A stretch of 64,000 bases of DNA. It comes from Callorhinchus milii. Its lineage: Eukaryota. Shown here in pieces: positions 1 to 12,679 of this stretch. Made by a program: the position numbers and the translations under genes. The DNA is taken from NCBI RefSeq assembly GCF_018977255.1, contig NW_024704742.1, positions 90,088,001 through 90,152,000 of the forward strand, in the 5' to 3' direction. Under the pieces are notes generated by a model, which had not been told where the DNA came from, did no database searches, and saw only the letters and a program-made list of their open reading frames with translations. How positions within the stretch are numbered: the first letter of the stretch is position 1; the number at the start of each line of letters is the position of its first letter.

Positions 1-129
1 AACAGGCAGACAGGAACTCGGTATAATTTCCCATCGGAAAGACTGCACTAGTGACAATTCAATGATCTCACAGTAACTCACATCACTGGCATCAGTGGTA
101 TCATGTGAGCCAAATTGGCATAGATTGTA

Positions 130-255
130 GGCAAAAGGCAAAGTACTGCAGATGCTGAAAATCTGGTATAAACACAGAAATCGCTGGGAACATGCAGCTG
201 GTCAGACAGCATCTATGGAGAGAGGAAAATCAGTTAACGTTTCAGGTCAATGACA
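130..255. mobile_element. Penelope-like pseudo-LTR fragment typical of chondrichthyans
   Basis: gcagatgctgaaaatctg...cagcatctatggagagagg...gttaacgtttcaggtc resembles, from memory, the abundant shark Penelope-associated repeat. Confidence 0.5.
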
Positions 256-289
256 GGTTATAGACAGTCTGTGCTTTCCTAAACATACT

Positions 290-390
290 AAGAACCAGAT
301 TGAGTCTGCCCAAACTTGTTTTGGGTTTCCCCTTACAGCAAGTAGAAACAAAACTTTCAGCCCAACAGTCTGGTCTAAATTTGAACCCAA
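290..390 (-). mobile_element. Old LF-SINE-like fragment
   Basis: Reverse complement gggttcaaatttagaccagactgttgggctgaaag...gctgtaagg...gtttgggcagactcaatctggttctt has a B-box and an LF-SINE-like body; related to 38910-39085. Confidence 0.4.
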
Positions 391-400
391 CTTGTAGCAT

Positions 401-768
401 GGAGTCCTGTAGCTTAGTGGTTAGAGCACTTGCCTTGTAAGTAGGAGGATCTGAGTTTGATTCCTGGCCAGGGTGAAATGTTAGGCAAGTTTTCTTAGTG
501 CCTCTGTTTACCTAGCAGTAAGTAGGAACCCGAAAGTAGAAACACAATTTTTAGTCGATTGGTGCATCATGTTTCTGGGGTAATAATCCCTTCAAAAATG
601 TTTTTTAAAATAATATCAATTGGTCACTCAATCCATGTCTGTTTGTGGGATATTGCTGTGCACAATTGGCTGCAGTTAATTCAATTCACAATATATTCTG
701 TGAAGCACTTTGAGATGTTTCGAAGACATGTTAAGACGCTCTATCAAATTCAAGAATTATTATTATTA
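401..768 (+). mobile_element. tRNA-derived SINE family A (tRNA/CORE-like/Deu-like/L2 tail), long variant
   Basis: GGAGTCCTGTAGC head, internal tttacctagcagtaagtaggaacc segment, ctgtttgtggga..gctgtgcacaattggctgc body, (TTA)n tail. Confidence 0.9.
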
Positions 769-823
769 ACTTCTTATTATAAAAGAGCAATGCTCCACTA
801 AGCCCTAACATCACAACGTCTAT

Positions 824-1059
824 GGGGAAGCAATTCCACCTGGGTCTAGATTTTCTTTATGTAGCATTTCATAAATGCTAGAATTTGACATAGAATTTGA
901 CAAATTGTTGAATTGAGTCTAAACTGTGAAGCTGTTTTTCTGTAGCCCTGAAAAGAAAACTGGCTTCAAAATTATGGTTCTGGTTAAGAATTTGCAAATT
1001 TCTGGGCACTCTTAAATGCAAGATAAATGGAGTAAGTCTAGACCCAGAAATTTCTTCCC
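824..1059. mobile_element. Palindromic MITE-like element, family P1
   Basis: Terminal inverted repeats gggaagcaattccacctgggtctaga / tctagacccagaaatttcttccc; homologous copies at 42901-43048 and 45455-45692. Confidence 0.7.
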
Positions 1060-3080
1060 AATCTATGGATCCTGGTGAGGTGATTTTACTCTCACGTGGA
1101 AAGATTGCTTTATAGTACAGTTGACATATGCTGCAAATCCTGAAATTTAAGCATGATTTCTCTATGTCACTCACCATTATTAATTCGCGTAAAATTAATT
1201 TTGCGTGCTCCACTCCCACCCCAAAACTTCTCCAACTGGCTGCCCTTCTGGTCTGAACTGCATGGCTACCGTCCCACCTTTGAGTCGGATGTTGCTTCGG
1301 GTCCTGGACGTTTCATTGTTAATGTAAATGTTGGCGTGGATTTCTCCCATTTGGAACATTATGACCAGAAGCGTACCAACCAGCATGCCCCTTGCTGTGA
1401 AACATCCTTCCAATTGTGTTATTATGTCTAGTGGCTAAATTCAATCAACCCCAGGAACATTTTTATGTGCTTTGTGTCACATAAGTGCATGGCGGTCATT
1501 ACTTAACTCGCCAGTAATGCCACTAACAGTTCATTGCTTCCCGTTAGTCAGCTCGTAGACAAGAGTGAAAGATCTCCACCATGTGACTTGCTTTTCACTT
1601 GATTTAGTTTAAAGTTTTAGTTGAAGAATGTATTATATTTTAATATGCTTTTCATATCATGCTTGTCCTGTGTGTCACATTATTCTGGAACAGATTGTTC
1701 CCTATGGAAAGCTTTTGGACATTTCAGACTTCTATTTTCTGCACGCTCCAACACTGAGAAGAACCTCTTGTTAAAAGGAAACATTGCCTTTTGCTTTATT
1801 CCTAACGCTTCAATGCTAATGCTTTGGTGTCCAGGGTACGTTTAACAGTTTAGTCCTGAGCTAAGCATCCTGACCATTTCAATACCATTGCCTCTAAGTG
1901 CGCTGGAAAAACAAAGAGCTGAATTGAATCTTTGTCTGAACGAAGCAGTATGATGAAAATTTATCACCAGCACTGAAAACAGCTCACAGCAGCTGCAAGA
2001 TTTCAGAGTGAAGAAAAACAGCCCTGTTTGAGAGGAAGTCGATGAAACAAGAGGCTGCTATCAAAACATTTGATGCCCTTTGAAGAGGTCTTCTAGTCAC
2101 TCAGCAAAACACTTCCATTTATCAGATCTATAAGATGTTTATTAGACATTATGGTGTGCCCCAATAGCTCACCACGCCAAAATGGAAGAATGGGTTATAT
2201 AAAATGGAATTTTCAACTATTTCACGTACTTCTCTTACTCAAGTGATTATGCCTAGCATTTAGATCCAGTTATAGTAAACTCATGTTGTTGGAAAGTCCT
2301 TCTGCTTCAGTTGATATGTATCCTGTCCACAAAATGCCTCTGTATCCATCATTACACAAAGGGAAGAAAACAATGGAAATCTGAAATCTACCCTTGCCTT
2401 CGTTATCTAGGAGCTGGAGTCTGTGGGACAAAGGTTGACCGTAGCTGAAGTGTAATTTAATACTCCCTTTGTTAATACCCATAATCCCAAATGCGTTACG
2501 ACTCCTTTGCTTGTCCATTTTCTGACAGCTATTTTGATTGTTTAACAATGACCTGTCTGGACGGATGTGCCACTAAGTGTAGAACGTTACTCAGACTCTC
2601 TGATTTTGTTTCCATTGGTGGGGATGAACTCCCTCTAGATAAATGACTTCAGCAGTTTCCTGTGGTAATGGAATTTTATATGTGGCCTTTAGTGTACAGT
2701 CACTGAAATGGTTTTACTTTTGCACATTGGGTTTGGCTTATGAATCTACTAATGTCCTACAATTTATTGAATAATTATTAAATCCCAGGTTTATTGGAAT
2801 GGAAATAAATAGTGTTGGTGCCCCACAATCCCCCCACTGCCCCCCACCCATATATACACACACATACCCATATATACACACGCTCACCTCATTACAGGCT
2901 GAACTGTTTCCAAAAGTTATCACCACGATTGAGAAAAATAAATTGGCTTCCAGTTTCCTTTAATTACTGAGATTTGTTAACACAAGATTTGTGTTTCCTT
3001 TGCTTTACAGCTGTGGACGTAACTAGGGTGCCAGACTGCAGCTTGTGGTCCTGTCCATAGGCATAATATAGTTTATTGAG

Positions 3081-3255
3081 TTTTTTCTGATCAGACAGGA
3101 ATCTGACACATGCAGAAACCCATCACCATGTTTAAGACGTCACCCAAATCAGACCTCAGAATTTCATGTATGTCACCTAGACATAGAGATTTTTGTATCT
3201 GGAGTGTAATGAGACTCCCTCCCCAGAGGGACGTATCCTGCTTATCGAATTCTGG
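3081..3255 (-). repeat. Unclassified poly(A)-ended repeat family U, 3' fragment
   Basis: T-run followed by ctgatcagacagg...gacacatgcagaaacccatcaccatg; similar to 58725-58900, 29241-29379 and 48108-48327. Confidence 0.7.
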
Positions 3256-3288
3256 ATAGTATTCAAATTAGTCAAACTTTACAACTAT

Positions 3289-3620
3289 GGTGTCCTGTAT
3301 CTCAATGGTTAGAGCACTCGCCTCGCAAGTGAGAGACCTAGGTTCGATTCCGGGCAGGACAAAACCTTGGGCATGTTTTCTTACTCCACACGCCTGATAA
3401 TAATCCCTCAAGAAAAAATAAAAATAAATAAATAAATATAATAAATGGATCACTTCAATCCACGACTGTTTGTGGAATACTGCTGTGCGCAATTGGCTGC
3501 CACTTTTCGCCCACAAATAAATATACAGTCAATTCACTTTACAGTATATCCTGTGAAGTGCTTTGAGATGTCTAGAAGATGTGAAAAGCACTATATCAAA
3601 TGCAAGGATTATTATATTAT
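3289..3620 (+). mobile_element. SINE family A, short variant
   Basis: tRNA head (A/B boxes, ggttcgattcc), Deu-like body, tail ending caaatgcaaggattatta. Confidence 0.92.
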
Positions 3621-3769
3621 ATAACACTTTCTCTTTTTCCAGTTTAACTTTATGAATAATTCTGTGCGTGAAGTGGAGGTTGTTATTGCTGGGATATTGG
3701 CTCCTCTGCTATTTTGGCTCTACCATCCCTGGCAGCATTGGCTCAAATGAAGGTTAAGGCACTTCAAAT

Positions 3770-4003
3770 GCTTGAAATTCCACCTGGTCTTAGCTTGTGA
3801 GACCATTTTGTTTTTGGAATTTAATACCACGCAGGGATTGTGGAATAGTACTTAAATTTCAGTCTTAATTTGGTAACTAGTTCTTTTTAATGACTATGCT
3901 TCTGAATTAAGACTGAATTTTAAGATTTTTCCACACTGCTAAAGTAATCTTACATCTTAAGATACAATGGTCACTCAGACTAAGGCAAGGTTAAATTACA
4001 AGC
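3770..4003. mobile_element. Palindromic (fold-back) element, family P2
   Basis: Outer arms gcttgaaattccacctggtcttagcttgtgagaccatt and aatggtcactcagactaaggcaaggttaaattacaagc. Inner arms 3839-3870 and 3905-3935 (cttaaatttcagtcttaatt / aattaagactgaattttaag). Confidence 0.7.
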
Positions 4004-4046
4004 TTTCATGGGTTAGATACTGGCATAATACTGCCTCTACTCTTAC

Positions 4047-4174
4047 CGGCTGTTAAGGCATCGTCGCAATGAATACGAAGCACCTCCTCCACAGGTTCGA
4101 GAGCACTCACTCCAAGGGCCCCAAGCATCCCACTGGGAGTCCTTGTCCTCCTCAGACTGAGCCATTCTTAAACT
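4047..4174 (-). CDS. ADAMTSL1: ADAMTS-like protein 1 (punctin-1), coding exon 2 (128 nt): end of signal region and start of TSR1
   Basis: Minus strand reads gtgtgtctttcag|AGT TTA AGA...AAC AGC CG|gtaaga. Translation is [42 protein letters not shown](R). This matches remembered human ADAMTSL1 [49 protein letters not shown] favours ADAMTSL1 over ADAMTSL3 (GDWSDC). Phase 0 at the start, phase 2 at the end. Confidence 0.95.
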
Positions 4175-6583
4175 CTGAAAGACACACATTCAACTTGGTC
4201 AGAAAATGTATTCACAAATGGGGAACTTCAGAGAGCAAAACAGACAGACATCAGCAAAAATTCGATGTGTTCTGTTTTTTGGTGAAGCTGAGATGTAAGG
4301 GCTATAGCCCTGAAGGTAGTTTATGCACAATTAAAAATAATACGGAATTATTTTTCTAAGGATAAGCAAACAGTTGATACTCGGCTTCAATTCCTTCAAC
4401 GGGAACACTTTGATCTTTTTGTCCAATCAGTTTCAAACTGAAAGATCAAGCTATATGTGCACAACATTTTTTTCAGATTTTGCGGGTTCAGAGCTGGGCT
4501 ACATTTGGTGCACATAAATTATTCAACATTAATAGATGCAGTAAGATCAGGATACACAGGCTAACACAGAAATGCCAACAACCAATACACATTTTGATGA
4601 ATGCATTGACATGGAAGCTACTACAGTACTAAGCACCTGTAACCATAGAGATGTAAAGGAAATGCACACAGAGTGCTCTTAACCAATCTTGGACATATCC
4701 CAATTTTGCAACAATATTTAGAGAATTATATTGAATTTATGCAATGAAGCAGCTAGTTTTGCTTTCAACTTCGATTGCAAGGTTGTGACATATTAACATT
4801 AAATAAGAGAGTATAGGAAAAAGCTTTGGGAGTGGCACTACACAGATAGCTCTTTCAGAGAGGCAGCACAGATATGGTGGGCCAAATGGTCTTCTCTTTG
4901 ACAATTTCTGATTCTGCAACACAATAAGTATAATGTCTCTTCTACACTGGCACCCAGAATGCTTTTGCACTTTGCTCAGATGTAGTTATTTTCTCTATTG
5001 CCAAACTATTCAGATGAGAAGTCTACTAGGTACAAGTATTACAGACAGAGCTTGTGTTGGGTGCTTTCTTGGAAACAGCAATTAAACTGCAGATTGTTGA
5101 AGTCTAATGCATTCAGAATAGAGATTTTTGCTTATAAATCAAACATGTTTTGCTTGAGAAATCAAATCAGCCACTTGCAAAGACAACACTGCAAGGAAAC
5201 GACCTAACTGTAAGTATATACCCAGAGAAAGTGAGTTGGGACAGCAGGTCAATGTAACACTACCTATTGTGCTATGGAGGAGCAAGAATCAGAGCAGAGC
5301 CTGCAACCAATTTCAGGCAGCTTGTGTCAGGACCCACAGTCCTACAATGACTGAGGTAACATTGGAAGTCAAGCAAATCATGGCATTCCTGCAAACCTCT
5401 CAGCAATTGGCCACACAACCCAAGCACATTCTACCTTCTTTGTCAAGAGAATGACATATGGTAAAGCTAACGCTCCACAGGGAGAATTTTTTAAAAATTC
5501 TTTAAAACAATACAAAAATCAGTAACCAGCCAAGGGGACTAGTAAGATTGACAGCTACGTTGGTATTGATAGATTTTGACTGTTAAACAGCTTCAGGTAG
5601 TAACTTAACAGACGAATGCTCCCTGTCAAAAGCTGTAAATGATTAAACTATTTCCGTGACTCGTATTAAATAGTCAAATTAGATCGGACAGAAACAAACC
5701 TATCAGCTGAAAAATAAATAACATTATCATTTTATCAAAAAGAAAACTCCTTGCAATTTAAATAGGAATTAATCTCTGCTTATTATTTTTAAAGCAAAAC
5801 AATGCATGAAAAAGCATTTACTTCAGAGCATTGAGAGTGAATTAAGTTTTATGGAAAGCGGCCAGTATAATGTGAAGTATTTAATAGTAAATTGGATGTG
5901 CACAGGGAATTTTGCTATTGTTTCTTTTAAATAAACTCTGCATATTTTAAAGAACATACTTCACTCCAGCCAAAAACTGTGTTCCCCTCACCAATTCTTA
6001 ACTCTCCATAAAACCCAATTTTATTCCAAGATCTGAATAACGCTCAAATATCTTGCACTTCTCTTCGACCTCTGGATGGGATTCAAAAATAAGCTTGCCA
6101 TCTGATAAGGATTCTTCCATTACATCTGGCTCCATCCACTATTTCTCTGTCTTTTTTCACTTTTATTTACTGCTATATGTTCATTGTTCCTGCAAACTTT
6201 CCTCACTTGTTCCTCCCACACTCTCAATAGACTGTCATCCTGCCCACTCTTGCTCCCACTGCGTCCAAACACAGGGGTGAAAATTGGAACGCTTCTGAAC
6301 AAATTCATCCAGTTATGCTGGTATCCTGGAAGTAACTCTGAAATGCCATACTCTGTAATTGGCAACAGTAAATCTGGACCGAGACAGTGACAAAAATGAC
6401 TGAATGAACCGGCCAGTGATCTAAACATCACACCAAGATTGGGAGGAGAAAATTTCACATCTGCAACCAGTCTTTGGTAATAGATTGGAAATTGTGATAT
6501 TTCTTAACAGAACTAACATGCCACATTCGTTAAGGAACATGGTAATTTTTCACTCATGGTTGAAATTAAGATTCAGTAACAAC

Positions 6584-6853
6584 AATAATAATAATCCTTG
6601 CATTTGATATAGCGCTTTTCACGTCACTAGATGTCTCAAAGCACTTCACAGAATAGACTGTAATGTGAGCTGACTGTATATTTGTGGCGAAATGCGGCAG
6701 CCAATTGCGCACAGCAGTGTCGCACAAACAGTCGTGGATTGAAGTGACCAATTTTTTTTTTTTTTCTGGAGGGATTATTATCAGGCATGTGGAGTAAGGA
6801 AACTTGCCCAAGGTTTCACCCTGCCAGCAATCGAACCCAGGTCTCTCACTTGC
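6584..6853 (-). mobile_element. SINE family A, short variant, 5'-truncated
   Basis: (AAT)n ccttgcatttgatatagcgc ... aaggaaacttgcccaagg ... tcgaacccagg. Confidence 0.9.
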
Positions 6854-8279
6854 AGTAGATCATCTTCGACTCCAACTCCCAGTACCTCATAACTATGAAA
6901 CTCGTTGCCTTCTTCAGTCTTCTCTTCCTCCTACGACCATTAAAACTAAATGCTTGGCATTGTTCAAAAAATTTCTTTGCTACTTATTTTGTTTCCTCTG
7001 CTACTCTTTTTAAACGGGATTATGCATAGGGTCTATGTGCCATGAGCCTTCAGCTAAGTTCTCAATAATAAAATAAAACAATATTTCTTCGTTTATTCCT
7101 ATAATCATTGTGCATTTATGGAAGGTGGGGTTGGGGGGGTGGCAGGAGTTATCATTCACATATTTCATCCACAAAATATACTTTACAATGTTCTGGGAAG
7201 CAGTTTGAGACATCTCAATGACGTGATAAGGTGCTATATCAAATGCAAGGATTATTATTATTGCTATGTTTTGCTCACTGTAATGGAACTTTTGTTGAAC
7301 ACTTTACTTGAAGACCACATTCTTAGCATGTATGTTTCAGTTTGCAGTCTGTACATGTCAAAAGTTGGACAAATCTGGCGTTGTAACAAATTGTAAAAAA
7401 AGTCATTCTATTTACAGCAAACATTGTCTGATAAATTCACTAATATTATTTTAGATTGAGAACTTAATTGAATGTTCTTTTACCACATCTGGGTCCTGGC
7501 AACAATTTTAGATGTAAATCACACACCATAGGCTGTTGGGATGTTCTCCCGGCATGAAAGGTGCTATACAAATATAATTTTGTGTTGTTGTTGTAAGCTG
7601 AAATGACCTCTTATAATAGCTACTTCTTGTTGAAACTACATTTAAGGTAAGGTAAATCCATTACATTATTCAATCTGTTTCGGTTACTGTTCCACTGACA
7701 AGAAGGTATTGTTCGCCATAAAATGAACAAATTAAAAATAAGTTTGATATTTACTGTGTACGTGTGTAACAATAATTTAGCTCTGATTTCTGAAAGGCAT
7801 GCAATGAATGGAGTGATTTGAAATGTGATCTCTGTTTTTGGCAAGTTAAAAATATGCAGTTACATGCCAGTACTTTATAGTCTGTGTTTAGAAAAGCACT
7901 CATGCATTGCAGGATCTTTTTCCCCTCAATAGCCATTTCCAAAGCTTAAGAGAATCTTAATTATCCTCAACACAGTCTTCAGTCATGGATCATTATCTAC
8001 TTCACTGGCTCTCACCACACTCTCCCTCAAATCAATAGCCTCAGGCCACTGAGTCAGGTCACTTTCTCTTCAGCACGTTCACTTCTTTCTCATGGTTCCA
8101 CTGTACAAACACAACTCACCATCATAACAGATTCAATATACTATGTATTAGTGGGTGTGAAGTCTGTGCTTATCAAAGGAAGGGATGTTAGGAAATGAGA
8201 CACTCTCTCAGTTCAATCAGTTAGGGTTGACATCAGACTCGGGTACAGTGAGGTTAGATGAAGCACAAAACTCCATCAT

Positions 8280-8577
8280 GGAATCCTGTAGCTCAATGGT
8301 TAGAGCACTTGTTTTGCAATCGAGAGACCTGGGTTCGATTCCCGGCAGGGTGAAACCTTGGGCAAGTTTCCTTACTCCACGCTCCTGATAATAATCCCGC
8401 AAGAAAAAAACAATAATAAATTGGTCACTTCAATCCACGACTGTTTGTGGGACACTGCTGTGCGCAATTGGCTGCCGCATTTCGCCCACAAATATACAGT
8501 CAATTCATTTTACAGTCTATTCTGTGAAGCACTTTGAGACATCTAAAAGACGTGAAAAGTGCTATATCAAAAGCAAG

Positions 8578-8616
<39 letters not shown>
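8280..8616 (+). mobile_element. SINE family A, short variant, long (TTA)n tail
   Basis: Full tRNA head through an (ATT)n microsatellite tail ending at 8616. Confidence 0.92.
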
Positions 8617-8974
8617 CTACCAACAATGTTCCTCAATCTCAACCTCAGAAGAACTCCACATTGCACCGTTTTCCATTTCCCAGCCACGGTTTGTTTTTGA
8701 AAAACAAATGATGGTTTCAGGTTAAAACGAATTCTGGTCAACTTCTGGTCAAACAGTTACTGTAGCGAAAAATACAACAGATCAGTTTATATGACGTGGA
8801 GGAAGGAGCAAGTGGCAGTGATACTGGGATGTTCAGTAATCGGGTCCACTGACAGGTAACACTCAATGGAATTTTTATCCCTTTATTTGTGAGCATGCAC
8901 AAAGGCAAAACTTGAAAAATCCCATTCTAAAGTTGTTTGTAACACTAAACCAGTGTTAATATACAATATGTACG

Positions 8975-9235
8975 ATTTGATATGGTGCCTTTCACGTCAC
9001 GATGACATCTCAAAGCGCTTCACAAGATGTACTTTAAAGTGGAGTGACTGTATGGGGTGAATGTGGGTGAATACAGCAGCAAATTTATGCGCAGCAATGT
9101 CCCATAAACAGCCAATTTTATTCTGTAGTTTGTTGGTCAAGATACTGGGAGAAACTCCCTTCTCTTTTTGAATAGTGCTATGAGATCTTTAACATCCACC
9201 TGAACATTTAGCGGAGACCTCAGTTTGATGTCTTG
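8975..9235 (-). mobile_element. Older Deu-SINE (SacSINE1/AmnSINE1-like), family B
   Basis: gaatagtgctatgagatctttaacatccacctga is the reverse complement of the Deu-domain motif; L2-type tail. Confidence 0.7.
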
Positions 9236-11548
9236 CCTCCATCCCCTTTGCAAGACATTTACAGCAAACAAAAGGTGCTATTTATGTGTGAGTTGTGGTT
9301 GTATTTATATTAATCATGGCATAGTGATCAAAGGATTATCAATGAAGCTAGTTGAAGAATATACCAGGTCAACAATCTATTCAATCTTCAAATTGTACAT
9401 TTACCCAAAAATACAATATTTGGATGAATTGCACTTTATTGAGAAAAAGATATGCACCCTTGGGTGTTTTCAGTCATGCAAAAAATTACTTCCAATTCTG
9501 ACCTCCTAAAAGGTTCCCTTCATCGTCTCTTTGCAACAAATCCTCACAAAATAAACATCTTAACTTCTCCAAAACATATTTGCTCTAATTATTTCAACAA
9601 TTCCAACAATTGTACTTTCCTAAAACGCTCCTAACAAGCATGTAAAAACCATTTGCTGCTGTCTTCTATGCTTCTAGCCATTTTATTTATTCATTCACTA
9701 ACTTAACAAATGATGGCAGGATTTTCTAAGACGTCTTTATTAAGACATGTATTAGGCCTTTTTTCTGAGCATACACATCGGCAAGAATCAGAGTCACTGA
9801 AGATGTTCATGCCATTAAAGTCAGATGATTTGAATAATCCTTGCATTTGATATTATGTTGCTCAAGAAGATGTCTCAAAGAGCTTCACAGGATTCATTGT
9901 AAAATGTAGCATAATTTGCATGCAAATGCAGCAGCCAATTTGCACACAACAAAATCCCACAAACACCCATTAAGTAAGTGATCAATTTCATCGAGTCTCA
10001 TCTAGATTTTGCTTGCATTCTCATTTGCAAGGTTTAGCTTGAATTCCACTGGCTATCTCTACAGAACCTTTCGAAACAGAGCGTATTTCTAACATTTTTA
10101 TATTGTGTGCTTTCTTAATTTCGAAAGCTCTTCTGTCTCCATCAGGAAAAGGAGCTTAGAAAAATAGCAACAGTCTTCGCTACTCTTGATAGTTCAGTGT
10201 CCCAAACCAACATGGAAACTAAAAAGCCCTTAAAGATGTAGACTAAGATTGAAACTGAAATATATATTTCATCTCTTCAAGCAAACGTTGGGGTCAAAAA
10301 TGCAGTATTCCTAAATGCATTCCATTCTGCAATTAAGGAGTGCTTTATCGACTGGAAACTGTCCTTAATGACAGCTTTGAGACTGAACACAAGCCCTTGA
10401 CTTCGGGAATAATGGTTTCTCCCTCAGGCTTTGCACAGTTTTTTTGGCTGCCATATTTTTTTTGCTTACATTTAGTTAGAGCTGACGTTTTGATTCTCAA
10501 CTGCTAGAACACATTTTTAACTTTAAAATTTGACTGTAAAATGAGTTTTTAGGCATGAAAACTGGGCTCTATGAGACCAGTTTAAAGACTCTTCGATTCG
10601 AGTGAGGTGAAAAATAGAAAACTTGATTGGAGTAAACAGATGAGAGGTACAATAGGTATGGAATAGCACAGCAAAAATAAAGAGGGGCAGAGAGAATGTG
10701 AAGGAAGAAAAATAGCAGAAAAAAAGTGATGACAAATATCTTATTTTAATATAAAATCATGCATTTTGTATGGTTATGGTTAATGAGATCTAAAAAGTAC
10801 ACTGAATTATGCAATAAACCACCATTGAAAAAGATTAATTAGATAGAGTTATACAGTATGAAAAAAGGCCATTCGGCCCAACTAGTCCACCCTGGTGTTT
10901 AAACTGCACATGAGCCTCCCACCCCATCCTCTATTTCCTTTAGCTGTTGTATATATGTCACATTTTCTCTTAAGTACATTGATGATATTTGCTTCAACAT
11001 CTTATTTTGATTATTAATGATTCTAAAATCCATTTTACTGGTTAATTACAGAATTAAAAGTACCTAGTTTATACCATAACTCACGTTTTGACCCCAAACT
11101 AATTTACCCGTTCAATAAGATAATATCCCATTCTCAAGATTTAGCAAATGGAATTGCTATTTTTAGCAATCAGTGAAAGTTAGCCTGCAATTTCCCAAAC
11201 GTGGCCTCATCTGATACTGTATTTATACAAGGTTAGAATAACACTGTTCAATGTCTAGTTGAATGCTCCTGGAAAGTAACATAGTATTTGATTCACTTTG
11301 CTGATAATAGATTCACTCTGACTGGAAGCATTCAGTGCATAATCAATAATCACACCCAAAACCTACCCCTTTTCCATTTTGCTGATGGACAATAGTTTCA
11401 TTGTGTTGCTGTTTTGAGGTTTCAATCTGCTTAACGTTGCGCTTTTCGACATTAAAATCCATCTGTTATCCATAAGCACCCTTTTGAATGTTGTTTATGT
11501 CCCTTACCACTTGATCACACTGCCTATCATTATATTTTATAATAAAAA

Positions 11549-11862
11549 ATAATCCTTGCATTTGATAAAGTGCTTTTCACATCTTCTAGATGTCTCAAAG
11601 TGCTTTACAGAATATACTGTAAAATGAATTAACTGTACATATTGTGGACGAAACGCACCAGCCAATTGCACACAGCAGTGTCCCACAAACAGTCGTGGAT
11701 TGAGTGACCAAATTATTATTGTTCTTTAAGATTTCTTTTCTTGAGGGATTATTATCAGATGTGTGGAGCAAGGAGATTTGCCCAAGGTTTCTCCCTGCTG
11801 AGAATTGAACCCAGGTCTCTCGCTTGCAAGACGTGTGCACTAACCACTGAGCTATGGACTCC
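11549..11862 (-). mobile_element. SINE family A, short variant
   Basis: Full-length reverse copy ending taaccactgagctatggactcc. Confidence 0.92.
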
Positions 11863-12003
11863 TCCTAAAGGAGCAAAAGGAAGAGTAAGAGCCAGGCTTT
11901 TAGGTGTTTGTGTTTTATATTACAAATTTTACAAATGCTAACTGCCTCAAAGTGCTTGTTCAGTTAATACTACTCTATCTGGTGAGGCTATGGTTCATAG
12001 AGT

Positions 12004-12323
12004 GGAGTCCTGTAGCTCAGTGGTTAGAGCACTCGCTTTGCAAGCGAGAGACCTGAGTTCAATTCCAGGCAGTTCGAAACCTTGGGCAAGTTTCCTTACT
12101 CCACACAGAGCCTAATAATAATCCCTCCAAAACCAAAAACAATAATAAATTGGTCATTTTCAATCTACGACTGTTTGTGGGACATTGCTGTGCGCAATTG
12201 GCTGCCGCGTTCGCCCACAAATATACAGTCAGTTCACTTTACAGTGTGTTCTGTGAAGCGCTTTGGGACGTCCTCCCGACGTGAAAAGCATTATATCAAA
12301 TGCAAGGATTATTATTATTATTA
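12004..12323 (+). mobile_element. SINE family A, young subfamily
   Basis: Nearly identical to 14473-14817 and 34745-35070. Confidence 0.95.
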
Positions 12324-12679
12324 TAGGGCTGAGAACTTGTCTACACTTTCAAGTCTTAATAATCAGTTGGACGAGCTGGTCAGATATCAACAATATCTTG
12401 GTTTACTAAAGAACTGCCTGGCTCTGCCAGGTGTATGTCCATAAAGCCAGCTCAATTCCTGTAAGACTCCCCTCCATGTATAAAGGATATTTGCTTTAGA
12501 CCTAATATTCATTTTATTGACTTTAAAAGTGTAAAGGGCTAAGTGGACCCAGCGGGATTCAAACCCAAAACCTCTGGGGTCAAACCTCGACCGATTGAGC
12601 TAATCCGGTTATTAAATAACCACTATTCATTCTCTTTTGAGTTATTTATGCACTGCGTGAATAGTAGGGAAAGCCTGTG

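Larger units (their letters stand above)
1..4046 (-). other. ADAMTSL1: ADAMTSL1 intron 2 (5' part; continues beyond the window)
   Basis: Starts at the gtaaga donor at 4046. I found no exon encoding the expected continuation (SCEGRNIRYRTCSN-like) in 1-4046. Confidence 0.8.

Noticed and set aside
1064..1461. Possible inverted ends around a CpG-containing block
   Set aside because: The similarity between atggatcctggtgaggtgatt and the reverse of aatcaaccccaggaacat is too short and gapped to call.
4069..4359. 96-aa plus-strand ORF
   Set aside because: Antisense shadow of ADAMTSL1 exon 2; no recognisable protein.
12082..12444. Recurrent short ORFs such as MGKFPYST... and ...[10 protein letters not shown] seen at many loci
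   Set aside because: Translations of SINE family A copies, not a gene family.
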